A stretch of DNA of 64,000 nucleotides from Marsupella aquatica (GCA_973895155.1 OZ316895.1:9846184-9910183); one strand, 5' to 3'. Shown: positions 1 through 13,610, numbered from the stretch's first letter. Notes: a model not told the origin generated them from the sequence alone. Translations and numbers: made by a program.

Positions 1-17
1 TCTCTCTCTCTCTCTCT
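1..17. repeat. (TC)n microsatellite, truncated by window edge
   Basis: Sequence reads tctctctctctctctct. Confidence 0.9.
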
Positions 18-49
18 TTGGTGCGTGTTTCCAAAGACTACTTCAACCC

Positions 50-400
50 GCAGGTCCCAGCTGCAATCCCCCTCAACATGGAAGTTTGCCAGGGGATTAG
101 CCTAGCACCCAAAGGTCCCAGCTTCAATCCCCCGATCCCCCCTTCACATGCAAGGGTTATGGAGATGTGTGAGTTTAGCCGGGAACCCAGAGGTCCCAGA
201 TTCAATCCCCTGATCCCCCCTCTACATGCAAGGGTTATAGAGATGTGTGAGTTTAGCCTGGAACCCAGAGGTCCCAGCTTCAATCCCCTCTCCACATGCA
301 AGGTCAAGATTTATGGAGATGGTGTCCCATAAGTCATATAAGTCCCTGCTTCAATCCCCCCCCCCCCCCTCCACATGCAAGGGTTATGGAGGAGGTGTAT
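50..400 (+). repeat. ~79-bp tandem repeat carrying a tRNA T-arm/B-box-like motif (SINE-derived)
   Basis: The unit AGAGGTCCCAG(C/A)TTCAATCCCC...CACATGCAAGGGTTATGGAGATG recurs 4-5 times. A single related copy lies on the - strand at 46883-46920. Confidence 0.7.
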
Positions 401-3400
401 GTGTGTAAGTGGGATGTACAGTAGTGGTGGGAGTCAGGTTTCTCTTGCCCCGCTAGTCTGATTGGGGGCCTTGGTTCAACCCTCTCTCTCTCTCTCTTGG
501 TCTGGTCCCTCTTGGATCCTTGGGTATGACCCCCTTGTGACTACCTTACAGAGGCGCATGCTCCGGAGTAAATTGTCTATCCTCTGTTGGATGGGTATGC
601 TTTTTGTTTCAAGGCAACAACAAAAAATACTTCAACCCGTAGGTCAAGCATCCATCGGCTGGCTATACTGTACCATATTGTATTGTGTTGTGGTATAGTG
701 TACTGTAGTCTACCTTTATACCCTGGTTAATTAATTTCACATGCCAATTAATGAATTTTAAAAACAACTTTTCATTACTTTGTCACTTTGGAAAAATGGG
801 GAGGAAAGTAGATTTGAGGACATGACAGCCCAAAAACCTTTGCATGAGGCAAAATGCCTTGGCACCAAAATGTGAAATTTCAAAAATAGTGGGATGGGCA
901 AACATGGGGGTCATTTTGGGAAACAGGGAGGAAAGAAAATTCAAGACATGGCAACCTGAAATGCTTTTGTCTGAGGCAAATCCCTGGAAATTGTGTTTCC
1001 AGTTGAAATAGGCCTCATACTCGAGCAAAGCACTGAAAACATGTACATTGAGAAAACTTTTTGGCCGAGAAATATTTAAATGGCCACTTGCAAAAGTCCG
1101 GAAACAAGTTAATATAACTTTTCACAGTCAAACAGCGTGAACCAAGTTATGACTACGGTACTGTAGTGTAGTCTCCCGCATATAGCCAAATCAATATTGG
1201 CGCTATGCCAGACCCCCCTGCTAAGGGGTTGGTCACACTTGACTGAACTTTGAGCATCTCCTGTACTGGAGAGCTTTTTGTATATGTGCTGACTGGACCC
1301 TACAACTAAAGTCTAAAAAGTGGTGTCCAATCCACTCACCCCAATTTTTATCTTCTTTTCAGGCATTGGATTTTTTGGTTATGGGATCTGTATTTGGGAG
1401 ACAGTACAGTAGTCTTTATCTAAGTGCACACTCCCAGGAAGAAGCATCCGGAAGCGGGGGTTTTAACTACATGCTAAATGCAAAGTCATAGAATTGTGCA
1501 CCCATCAATAAGAGTGTATGGTTACATCTCTTTGTTAAATGTGCTAGTATCTTCTGTCAATGAAGAGTCTTGTGACTCCCACCCTAAACGGGACCCTAAA
1601 TTGTACACACATCCCTGCCCTAAATTTGGTCCTCTATGTACCCTCTAAAGTTGTCATTTATGATCAAATTCAGGCCTTTTGCATGTATTAAGGGTGCAAA
1701 AAGTGCAAAGTGCATGAAAAATGGATGACAATTATCTAAATTTTGCACTTCTGGAGTATTCACTTAGAAAGAAACCACTGTATACAGCTTAGACTTTCTA
1801 CAGGGTTAGCTGCTCAGTTTTTCAAGATTGTAATTTACAGTTGTGTGACGTTGATTTCAAGTGTGGAGTAAATTATCCCCTGAGTATTGGAGCTGAGTTT
1901 CATTTGACCATGACTGCCACTCCATCTTGGTTTGCAATTTTTAAGATTAAATTAAAGGATCATATTTTGATATTGCATTATTTCCTAATATGAAAAAATA
2001 TGAAAAATTGCTCAGATCCTGTACAAACCGGGATGGCCCTACAGTAAACTCCAAAAAGGTTGCTGTCAGACTGGGTACTTACTCCTTCTGATACACAACC
2101 CGGTAAGCTTTTCATCTGGCTCCAATTCCTTCTTACCATTTAGTTGTAATGAGTAATTTTTCTATCTTTGCATACGTCTCCTTGGTGTTTAGACTACATC
2201 CATAGGTTTACCTTTCAACGGGTATAACAGAGCTACTTTCATATCCTTCTTGAATCTCTACAAGGTCCAATGCAAGTTTTGGTTGTTTTCTTCTGCTGCA
2301 AGAATGCATCAAAGTTTAGTAAAAGACAACTCAACGTGGGGATAGAGACACACTTCTTTGCTTATACAGGATGGCTAGGATATTGCTACGCAAAAAATCT
2401 GCATCCTCCAAGTAAATCAAAATAACTTACAAGGTTTACTTGAACTAATAATCTTGGATCAAACAATGCAAAATGACTTGCACAAGCAAATAATTAATTA
2501 GCTCTGCTATCAGATTTGGCATATAAGACTGTTCAGACTTAAAACGAGGACTATACATAATGTCGTCCCTTCCTTCCACCAGAACTTAATCTTGTTTTCA
2601 TTTTGCTTTCCCATATTCATCATGCGTGGAAAAGTCAAAATACAGAAAACATGAAAAGATATATATATATATAAGTGAGATCTACACTAAGTAGAAGCTG
2701 AATCTTTCACAGATTACAACCTATGCCAATAGGATGATTTGGATGGACACTTGCAACCAACATGAACCATTGCCTGTGAATGTTACACACTATCTTACTA
2801 TAAAAGAGTGAACTAAAGCATACTCTTAAGGGCCTAGGTCTAGAGTGAAGTTTTTAGATAGTAACTCCAAACAAAGACAAAGCTGGACTCATAAATAAGG
2901 AGAAAAGTGTACTCTAAATAAGGAAAACGTGAGAGTGAACAAAAAATGGGGATGGGGCAAATATAAACGGGAGATAGCATATATTTAATTCACTATTTTG
3001 CAAGATTTTTATCTTCATATATCTCTACATATGTTCAAAGAACTGATAATCAGGCTAGTAACTGCTAGCAAGGTGTCAAAGAGTGCTTGGGCCATGGGAG
3101 TCCCCAAGTCAAAAATTTTGCTCCATCTGAGCGTCTTGGGTCTAACTAAGATACAGAATTGATAGCATTCACTTGATTAGATACTTCTGAACTGAAGACT
3201 ATTTGTCAAAGCAAAGGTGAAATGAAGGTGATCTGAGAATTGGTTTGTTCAAAAATTGAAATTGATAATCATTAAAATAAGGAAATATAATTTATTTTGA
3301 GAAAGAGGAAGCACAAAATTTTGTGTTCCTACTTGCATAGATGTGGAATTATTAACCAGCCGATAAATTAACTAAGGTAATTAATTAAGTAATTGCAGGG

Positions 3401-3569
3401 AAAGAAGTGGACACCATTGGACAAGGCTGTACTCTCAAGGCCGGTTGCCGTCTAGATCACCACATGATTACCTCTTAAGGAACATGGCTAGGCAATCCTT
3501 TCAAATCTCCTTTTAAGGGTTAACGAATGCGTTTAACTCTCGCTGCAGATCTGTTAACATTTTTCTATC

Positions 3570-3915
3570 TAATCCCAGTGTTACGAGGCTTGTGACTCAT
3601 GGATGCCTATGATTGAAGGCATTTTGAGATATTAATGTAAACTGAATAGCTTCTTATTCACAAATGCTCATGCTCATACTCATGTGTGTCATTTGACTTA
3701 GCTTTAATACTTCTGTTTCCGTGGATGGTTGACATGGGATACTTAGTTTCCTTTTAATCCCGATGTTATAAGGCTTGTGACTCATGGATGCCTATGAATC
3801 AAAGGCATTTTGAGTTGTATTGTGTCGAGTATTGTGTATGAATGCTTACTTATTCACAAATGCTCATCCTCATGTTGGCTCCAGTTGACTCAACTTTAAT
3901 TTCTCTGTTTCTGTG
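3570..3915. repeat. Diverged ~185-bp tandem duplication with conserved blocks
   Basis: AGGCTTGTGACTCATGGATGCCTATGA, AAGGCATTTTGAG and CTTATTCACAAATGCTCAT each occur twice, in the same order (copies from ~3570 and ~3755). Confidence 0.85.
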
Positions 3916-4569
3916 TGCATGGTAGGAGACGTCCAAAAAATTCCTCAATAAAGAACTAGCTTGCAAATCCTGTTAAAATTTCTCATTCTGATGTGTTTGG
4001 TTGTAAAATTCCAGGTTAATTGGTTTCTATTCTGAATTGTCTAGTCAGCTTTGTACTTAATTTCTTATAAGCCGAAGATAATACTGGTTTGGGTGTGTGA
4101 TAATGAGCACAAGGCTGTATTTAAAAATTATATAGCCCAGTGAAAAAATAGAATTGAATTCATATGGTCTTCTTTGTGATCAGGTTAGTCTGAACCATTT
4201 ACAATTTGTAGAAGTTCTAACTCAATGGGGTTGAGCTCTAATGGCCAGCCAATTCCTCCTACATCTAAATCGGTGGAAGTTCTAAGCAGAAAATTGCATG
4301 ATTGGAAAGAATTAAGAGGATTGCAAATCATTCATGTGCTGTTTGATCTTAAATTAAGTGAGATTGAAGACATCCAATGCCTCACTAGCTAGCTTTATAA
4401 GATGAGAAACTTTGGTTCAATTTACCTTCCTGCCACCAGTTGTGATAGTTGTAAATGAGCCAGAAAATGAGAGGATCCAGTGAACATTTGTGGGCATGAA
4501 GCATTTTTAGGTATTGAAATTCACATGGAAGACAAGGAGAATTTGAGAAAATTTGAGCTAAAATCTTGA

Positions 4570-7183
4570 TCAAGTCTTTTTGGTATTTTTCTTAACACTT
4601 TTTTCTTGTTGCAACTTTACATCATCTTTTACAACTTGCTTTGAGTTCTTCACTGCTGGCTTCTCAGATGTACTCTCTTTACCAATCTCCTCAGTATTCA
4701 CATTTTCTTTTACAGCCTTCTCGTCTAAGGTTTCCACCACTTTAGACCTATCGTCCAAATGTAAAAACTTAGGTTTAGCATTCTCACTTGGCAATGGATA
4801 TGGAGTGTCACAAATCCGGTTTGATCTACCCCAGAACTCCCAGCCCTCTTCTTTGCCAAGAAATAGATACATCTCAACTGTACCCCATACGTAAGGTTGT
4901 TTGGGTAACTCTAGCTCCTGATGTGGGTCGCCTTTACCTTCCTCTTCCTTTGTTTTAGAGTTTTTTCCATCCTTGCTTTTCCCTTTCAAATTCTTTGTTG
5001 TGTCTTTTGACTCCTGTCCATCCTTAGATTTCACTTTCTTTTCTTGTTGTTTTACGTTGTTTCCATCCTTTTTCACTCCTGCTTTGGCTCCTTTTATTGG
5101 TTGCTCATCCTTACTATTTTTCCCATCTTTCCCTTTCCCTTTATCATTCTTGTTCTTTCCTTTTCCTTTGCCAGGTTTTCCATCCTTTTCCTCCTCATCT
5201 TTTGCATTTTCTTGAGGTTGGATAGGTTTGGGCTTCCTTGGTAGAGGATTACAATAGATGCAACCACAATTGGGTAACTTTGGGCAGGGTTCATACAAAT
5301 GGCATGGGCAAGGCGGTTTGGGGCAAGGACTCTTCCTATGGCAATCACATTTTGGGGGTGGCACAATCTCTGCTTCGTCGGCTACCGCACTGGGATCTCT
5401 TGGTGAAATTTGGTCCTCTTGCGTGATCAATGGTTGAGGAAGCAGGGATGGGGCTAACTTTTTTCCGTCTAAGCCCCATCCAACCCAATTGGCATTCTCT
5501 CTTCCCACCAAAGGTCTAAGCAATATCATGCCTGGTACCAAATCTTCTCTACTTGGCAGGCCTGGTGTGAACCATCTAACAAGAGACTTGTAATTATTCA
5601 CTTCTTTTTGCCACTTTTCTAGGTTCTTATACCAATTGTTCAGCCAACCTATGTTGATAAGTATCTCCCCCAAGACAGGGGTCAAGCTGTGTACCTCACA
5701 CCTAGTGCCAGGTGTCATGTACCTCCTGTAAAAGTATGTCAAACCTGGGCATTGTTTTTCCAGTAAACTTTGGCTCTTTGTATCTAATTGCATTTGACTC
5801 CCTAAGTACCTCCATTTTGGTTTGGGTCGTGACTCTAGGACAACCGCTGGCTCAACCAGAGTTTCTTCTTGTGAGATTGTGTTTCCCTTCTCCCCATCCT
5901 TCTCTACTTTCTCTTTCCCAAGGGCAGGGACCTTAGGACCACTTTTTTTCTTATTATTGTTTCCCCCAGTGTCTTTCTTCTTATCATCTCCTCCTTGAAT
6001 TGTTTTCTTTCCATCTCCTTTTGCATTTTCTTTTGTTTTCTTGTCATTTTTACCCTTGGCTCCTTTTTCCTTGGACTCATTTTTGAGCCTTTCTTTCTCA
6101 ACCTCCATTGCCAATCTCTCAGCCTCCAACCTTGCCAGCTCTTCTCCAGTGATGAAGCCACTACAAGTGTATAACTCCAACTTCTCATAAGGCTTATAGG
6201 TACATGATTCAGGTTTTATAGTTGTCAATTTCTCGTCATCCACTTCACCCTTCTTCCCCCCTCCCTGTTTTGTGGACCCTCCTTTCTTCTCCTTATTCTT
6301 TTTCCCTTTCACTTGTCCCATCTTTTCGTCTCCCTTAATTGGAGTACCCTTCTTGCCCAACTTAGAGGTAACCTTCTTTGTTGGCTCCACCGTTGTTTTT
6401 TCATCATAGGTACCCATCCGCACGATCAAGTCTCCTACTGCAAACTGAAAGGATGGTGACCCATCATAACATGACACAAATCCATCCTTGGGTAGCTCTC
6501 TACGGAGGTCTGCTAGTCCCATATGAAGTCCAGGATGGATGATTAAGATGTCACCTCTGAATGGTTGGAACTCCAGGTCCACATCACCTGGATACAGGAG
6601 GGAGGGGTCTCTTGGATTGGGATCCACATATGGTGGTGGTGGCCACCTCCTAGTCACCTCAATGCACGAAGGGCATACCCGAGGGAGGGGCACTGGTTCC
6701 TCTGAGTCCTGAGACTCCACATTTGGTTGCTCAGGAAGAGCCTCCGGGTTTTTGTTCTCAAGTTCCTCCTGTGAGGTTGGAGGAAAAAATCAATCATGCT
6801 CCTGATTTGCAAATTAAGGCTAACATAACTTGAAACTAACTTTGAGTACTATTCATATTTAATGTCAAAGAACATTTTGTTGTGCACATTTGGTTGCTAA
6901 TTGACTAAATACCATGCTCTTCCTTAATAAAAAAGGAAGAGCATGGTATTTTCACAACACAGCACAACAAAGGAAGAGATACAACAACTACCTGTTTGCC
7001 ATCTTTTCCTGGTGATGTCTTCTTGGCCTCAAGAGTCTTTCCATTCTTCGTACCATCCACCTCTTGTGGACCCTTCTTCTTGCTACTTTCAAGTGGCTCC
7101 TCCTTGGCATCCGCATCTCCACTCTTTTTCTTAAATTTTGGGCTTGCTTTAGTAGATTTCTGGTTTCCTTTTGAGTTGTCCAT
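4570..7183 (-). CDS. Lys-rich protein of unknown function, ~796 aa, 2 exons (7183-6992, 6768-4570)
   Basis: 716-codon ORF plus an upstream Lys-rich exon MDNSKGNQ...GKDGKQ. The donor CAG|GTAGTT at 6991 and the acceptor ttttttcctccaacctcacAG at 6769 are both phase 0 and join in frame (…KQ|EELENK…). Contains a Cys/Pro cluster CDCH...CPCH...CGCIYC. Confidence 0.75.
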
Positions 7184-7199
7184 TCTTTTGTTTCATTAC

Positions 7200-9730
7200 C
7201 AATGTAAGATAACTAGGCCTTCTAAAATCTCTGTTTGATAACAACTTGATAAACTTGTTTGCTGGGTCCATGATTCTTTTTGGGACTGCAGGGCAAAGAG
7301 ATTTAGTTTAAGTGATAATCTATAACATTGGGAAACAACAGCTGTCCTCATCGAGGAGTTGCCAGGGCCTATGGACCAAAGGTCATGCCTCTTAGCTTGA
7401 ATCATGGAAAATCCAAGTCTTAGCTTGGGTGGCACATTGAGCTTGAAACATTAGGTTGCCTCTTGCTAAGTTGGGGAAATGATTGCAACCTGTCGTTTAT
7501 GAGGGTCCATAGGAAAGCAAAACCAGACCAGGATGGGGCTTCAATCATGAGCCTGAAACTACTTCAGGCCATTACTATGTCCGATTTTAATCGGAAATCT
7601 TATGTTCTCCATGTTCACAAGTTGGAGTTGAGCTCTGTGCCATTCTACCGAGGCAATAGACAATGAAAGAGAGCAGTGTCAATGTTGATACAATTTAAGC
7701 CCATTGTGCTGAATAATTATGGACATCTTTCTGCCCAAAGTATGTTACATTTGTCATTGGTTAGGTATATTCTTCTCAATAGTCTACACAGATTACTTCA
7801 CAAGGGGCCTTTAAACACGTACTTACCAGGCAACCCAGTGCAGGTGATGTTTTGCAGCATAATTGCAAAGCTTCCATAAGTTGTCAAGTTCTGCAAACAG
7901 GCTTATTAATTGTTATGGTTCTGTTTGATATTGTTCCTGTTATTGTCACTAGTAGTCATAATCATCTGTCACACCAATATGTCGGTCTGTAATTGTTTCT
8001 CATACCAAATGGGACATAAATTTTGTCAGTACTATTGAGGGTTTGGGCAAGGAGGGATGTGCTATACACATTTATTTGTACAAACTAGCGCTAAGTGCGC
8101 ATAACTATAACTATATATATACTCCCTAGGTATGTTGTGTTCCCCCACCGGAACGTGTCCGTATACTGATTGCTCGATCAGCCCCGGCTTAAGGAATTTT
8201 GAGCCTTCGTGTTGCAGGGGGAAATTGCAACCTGGCAATGTAGTAGGGCTGATCAACGCAAATTACCTTGGCCTACCAATCGGAAGCAATCAGATATATT
8301 GCAACCTGTACGCCTTCGCTTGATAGTAGCAATCACTAACCCTACATTTTTCAAATCTATAAGGGAACATAGAACAAAGAACAACTGAGTTCCAACAAAG
8401 CCTTGGTTTTCCAGTTTTAAAACAAACAGAAAAGTCATTGGATTGTCTTTTGGGCTCAAGCAAATGTCTGAAGAAGTGAGTGTACAAAGCTTCCAACTGG
8501 TACATAATTGTGCTGAACCAAACAAACGGAAGGTGCCTGCCCTTATTGCTTCCAGTAGGTAAGGCGACAATAGCACTGGACAAATACTTGCTTTACATAC
8601 GACTACATTGCAATTAAAGGACACCACATGATGACAATAAATATATGGAAGACAACAAAACAACAATTGAAATAGAATCAAATTGCGTATTGAAGGATCA
8701 ATACCAACAGTAGGAAGGTTGAGCTCAATCCTTTGAAGTTCAGTCTAATTGTCCTGGTTTCTACTAGTGAGGGCCAAGTGCTCAAAGAGCTAGACAGGGC
8801 AAAGTGGAACAAAGTGTGATGGCACAAGAGCGGAATCGCGTAAACCATTGAAGTCAACCAGTTGGATCGAGATGATACATGTTTAATTTCTTTATAGAAG
8901 TGAATGATGAGGTGTACCAAGTATGGGAAGAAATTGGATCTCAAATTTTTGGGCATGAATGGGCAGGAGTTTCATGAGCGAGTTAGTGATCAAGAGAGAA
9001 ATTGTAACCATGCCATGAATGAATGTTGGGCAATAAGAGTAGCGGAAAATAAAAGAAAAAAACCAGATAGATCGATTCTAGGGTTTTAGAGAATTCAACA
9101 TATTGACGGAAACGAGAAGGGACTAGTGAAGCTACTGAGGAGAGAAAGATGGAGAATATGGAAACAACTATAGAGAGACTCAAGCTCAAGACACTAGAGA
9201 AGAATCAGGAAACTAAAGCAAGAACTAAAGACAACAACTAATTGGGAGCAAACCCGATGGAAGAATGACAAGGAAAGTTGTGTGCAATTCAGTAGCAAGT
9301 AAAAGTTAACAATCAATAATAGTTAACAATCAATAATAGTTAACAAGGAAAATAGTTAACGGCAAGCAAGTAGTTTAAGTTAAATAAAACAGTTCTAGAA
9401 ACCAAATAAACAGTTTGAGTTAGCTTGAGGTCAGGTATATTTGGCTTCGGATGAGGGGGTTATAGGTCAGTTTGGAAGGAGGGAATAAGGGTCATTTTGT
9501 TGTTCAACTTTCCAAGATCAGGAGGCTAGAGAGGCAGCCCAGGAAGCTCAAGTGGTGCCCTATTGCTAGACTTGGAGGTAGAGATTGAAGCCCATGGAAG
9601 AAAACCATTCAAAGAAATTGGTTGAGACTTTGGAATAGATGATGTTGTTGAGACACTTGCAAGACAATAGGGAACATTGAATTACAAAGCTTGTGTCTTT
9701 TGAATGCAATTAGAAATAAAGTGAAGCAAC
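7200..9730. mobile_element. Highly decayed LINE-like fragments (tentative)
   Basis: - strand KLNVPPKLRL near 7440 resembles the zf-RVT WKLxVPPK motif; + strand GACPYC near 8530. No intact ORF. Confidence 0.3.
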
Positions 9731-12599
9731 TGATTACGGACCCCACTAGAGGTCCCTTCCAAAATTCCTGCCACCACAACGTGCCACGTCAACAACAACC
9801 GCAACAAACAAGACTCGTCGGTTTTATGAATCAAACTTATAGTTTTCATTCGTGTTTGTGTCAATTTGGGTGTAAATTTTGGGACGTCGTGCCGTAAAAA
9901 GAAAAGTAAAAACATTGGAAATGCAAAGAGCAAGACGGTTAAAACTGTCACTATGTAACCGTTTTAGTTACATTTCCAATTTTAAAACTTAAATTCAAAG
10001 ATTTATAAAAAGTATTTTTCATATAATAAATAATGACTAATAACTAACTTGATAACTTCCTTGTTAAACCGCAACTCCCGGTATGTAAGGACCTCTCGTA
10101 TTGTACGACCATTAATGCTGGGAAGAGAGCACATAGAAACCCAGGATCGGGGAGGAGGAATGGCTGGAATCTTGAAAGTTCATCGAATTTTATACTCAAA
10201 ACTATTTACTCATTCTCAAAACAAAAAATACCCAGTCGTAGATCTCATTGAGATCGTTCTTTTGCACCCTAGATCGCCTTCTAACATGGATGAATAAGAT
10301 TTCTAGAGGCATTACAAAATGGACGGCAAAGATCGTAAAATCAACAAAATCAACGGCTAGGAAGGCTTGGATTTGTTTAATTTTTCATTTGAAAAATATA
10401 AACCCATTTGCAAAACGGACAGAACCCATCCATAGATCTATTTGAGATCTTTCTTTTGAGCCATAGATTGGCCATTATGATGGACGGATGAGATTTCCGG
10501 AGAAAAAAAATGGAGACGGCCCAGATCAACTCTTCCCCCTGATTTTATTAGCCAAGGGGTCCACGAACTAATTATAAAGAAGAGCTAGTTGGTAATATAG
10601 ACATTTAATAATGGGAAGTCCATAATGATTTGGTTGGAACCGTTATAAAGAAGAATTGGTGTTGTATTGTATGTTGAAATTGTAATTGCGACTAATTAAG
10701 AAATCTTTGTGAGATGAAGGGATTAGAATTCTGCATATGATGTGTAAGGAAGAAGATCCAAAGTAGTCAAGATGAATCCATCTTTGCTTGGTCATACGAC
10801 CATTCCATTTGGACTACAAAATGCATCAAAGGATGTAAGAAATTGATTAAAAAATGGAAAATTGCAATTGAGAAGGAAAAAATAGAAATTGAGGATTTTA
10901 TTCACATGCAGTTTAGAAATTTGCTTTAACGAATGACTTGTTGAGGGCTAGATGACACTTAACCTTCAATTCAAGTGACAGACAGGGTCTACAACTAGTG
11001 AGAGTCGGATCAATGTCTTAAGTGATTAATGGAAAGGAAATTTAGTTGAGAGTCTATCAAAGAACTTTCAATCTAGGCGAGAGGCAAAATCCAATGGCCA
11101 GAAGGGGTCAGATTGTTTCTTTAATTCAAGAAATTGCACAAGTCGTCACTACTGGACTGTCGGGAAGACCGGATATTAGGCGAAAAGTAAAAGGAGGTCA
11201 AAATGAAGGCAATACACTGATTAATCAATAAATGACAGTGAATTGATGAAATTAGAAGATATGTTGGATGATTGATAGATAAATTTGGCCAAGGGTCAAC
11301 TCGGATGGTTAACAGCTGATAACTTTGGTTTAGGCATAAGAGGCCATGGGCACTCAAGTCGTCGGTTCAGGCACCTAGAAGAGTGCTAGATAGGGGCGCG
11401 GTAGAGTTGCAGCCATGGTCCCATGATAGGTCCAAAGGGAGGGGCAAGTTATTGGCCTGGCAAGCGAGGAAGAGTCCAATGGCCAGCGGGGCCCGAGGCA
11501 ACGATGACCATGGCCAATCGCAGGGGCAGGCGACAAGCAAAGGCAGCCCTAGCAGGTGGCACCAGGAGGCCAGCCATGGCAGGAGGCATAGGACTTAGGC
11601 GAGGGAACTCCTCACCTAGACCCAAGAGGTACCACCCTCAACTGGGTGTCAGGAAGGCAAGGTGGGAGTTCCAAGACACAGGGGCGAGCCTAAGAGTACT
11701 ACCAGGGGCAGGTGAGGGAGCCAAGGGTGAGCAAAGGAGCATTGGCATGGGCATCAAGAGACAAATCATTGACTATGTGGCAGCAGGTAGGGGACAGCCA
11801 TAGCATGGGCGAGGTTGTGCAGGGCAGGGCGACCACAAAGCAATGCATCATGTATTGGCAGTGGCAGGGGCGATGGGCACCCGGATGGGCCTTGGGCTGT
11901 CACGGTGTGGCAGAGGCAAGTTTGCAAACAAGGGAGTACCTTGGCTGGCAAATGATGTAGGGGTGGCCCTGGCAGGGGGAGGGAGGACAACGCTACAGCC
12001 ACAGCAAGCAAGCAGATTGTGGTTGGGTGAGGAGATCGTGGCAGTAGGGTCCAAGGTGCACGGGAGGGGAGAGGGCCAAGGACAGCCATGGCACAATAGC
12101 AACAGGAGGGTGCATTGGGCAGTAGCAAGGGCAATCGAGGGGCTCATGCAGGAGGGCAGCCAAGCTAATGGCAGCTGAACGCAGCCAACTGGGCAGGAAG
12201 GCAGCCCATGGCAGTCAACGTACTGCAACAAGGCAAGCGAGAGGGAGTACTGGCAGGGGCGAGCCTGGGTTTTGTGGCAGGGGCAAGCATAATGGTAGCA
12301 ACAAGGGAGGGACGGTGTCAGGGGAGGAGGGTGCAACAAAGAGCTGGGCAGGAGGGCAAGGCAGGCAACCACGACAAGGACAGCCACGACAGGGCGAGGC
12401 GCATGCAAACCAATTGTCCAGATTGAATGGCCCCAAATAAACATCAGAATATCTAACGCTTGTGGATCATTCACGCCTAGGTGCCATTACATAAACGGAC
12501 GAAACCAAAAAGAGCGGCATTGAGTATTATAGTGTTAGATGTGGAGATTTAACAATGTTGTTATTGGGGATCCATGTGTGTGTAAGATGTTGAAGCTAA

Positions 12600-13610
12600 T
12601 AAGTGGGTCCCAAGTCAACTTTTAGCACAATCAAACTTGATAAGCCAGACAGGAGCACCATGAGCCCTATCAAGATGCCCTATAGAGCATCCCAAATGGC
12701 GGTTGAGACCAGAAGTTATGTCTAGGACAAGATTCAGTACCTCTTATGGGACCACTCCTGGGACCCAAGTTGGGCGCCAAAAATACAAGGTCAATACTGG
12801 CCTAGGGGTGCAGGTCCCCAACAACATACATGAGAGGAATATGACATGAACACACCTGCACCATGTTGAAGCAAACCAAGGTGGAAAACAATTTGGAGGT
12901 TGGCTGGTTTCCACACCAAAGGACATATACCTCACCAGCACCTGGACCTTTGAAGACTGGTTCTTGACGAAGAGTAAGGAGAGTCCACTGTGCCTGGAAT
13001 TGACTGTCACCACACAATTGGGGATGTGTGAGCGAGTGTGTGAGCACCGACCATGCCTGGACCACGGGAGCAAGAGACAATTGGGAACACTCAGACTGCG
13101 TATGGACAGACCAGCGTAGCTCATGCCCGGCCGTACTCAACGGGGCTTAGTGGCCACACACTATGCCTGGCCCTTGAGCAGCCAAAGGTGAGTCGGACCA
13201 GTGTGGGCATTGTCCTCACCTTGACCCAAAGAGAGCTGGTTTGCCACAAAGGTATTCCAAGAAGAAGTGTGATATGTTGTCTAGGGCTTGAGGCTAGTTA
13301 ATTCAAGTTGACTTGTGAATATTTGCATTTAGCTCTACTTGTCAACTGAGTTTTGGCTGCCTAAGACACTACCTATCATAGAACTCAAAACATGGAGGAA
13401 ACCTGAGAGCCCAAGACTGATAGCATGGGCCATTTTCTAGTTGTGCCTTTTATTTCTGGGGTCCACCAGACTCCCGAGGCCAAGTGATGGGCTCCAACTT
13501 AGCATCAACTTGCAGGCTTGAGAGAGGTCTGCTTGCAAAAGGAAGACTACATGGAGCACTGCCAATCCCTTGTCATCTAATGAATGATGCAGGAAAACTA
13601 AATGGAGCAC
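12600..13610 (+). mobile_element. Decayed 3' end of a putative R2-like (RLE-clade) non-LTR retrotransposon
   Basis: From 12782: NTRSILA*GC...RGI*HEH...VENNLEVGWFPH...GPLK, frameshift at ~12955, then DWFLTKSKESPLCLELTV. This matches the order of the CCHC tail, RH, KPD and D/E-x-T-V motifs of RLE elements. It abuts rDNA at the R2 target site. Confidence 0.5.

Noticed and set aside
2821-3480. CTCTTAAGG at ~2824 and ~3472 as the upstream half of the R2 rDNA target
   Set aside because: Only 9 bp, no flanking rDNA similarity, and ~10 kb from the junction; chance match.
11370-12485. GC-rich island with many overlapping ORFs, bounded by GGCACCTAG/CTAGGTGCC
   Set aside because: The ORFs reflect composition and carry no recognisable motif. 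The 9-bp inverted match has no TSD. Probably a decayed repeat, but unassignable.
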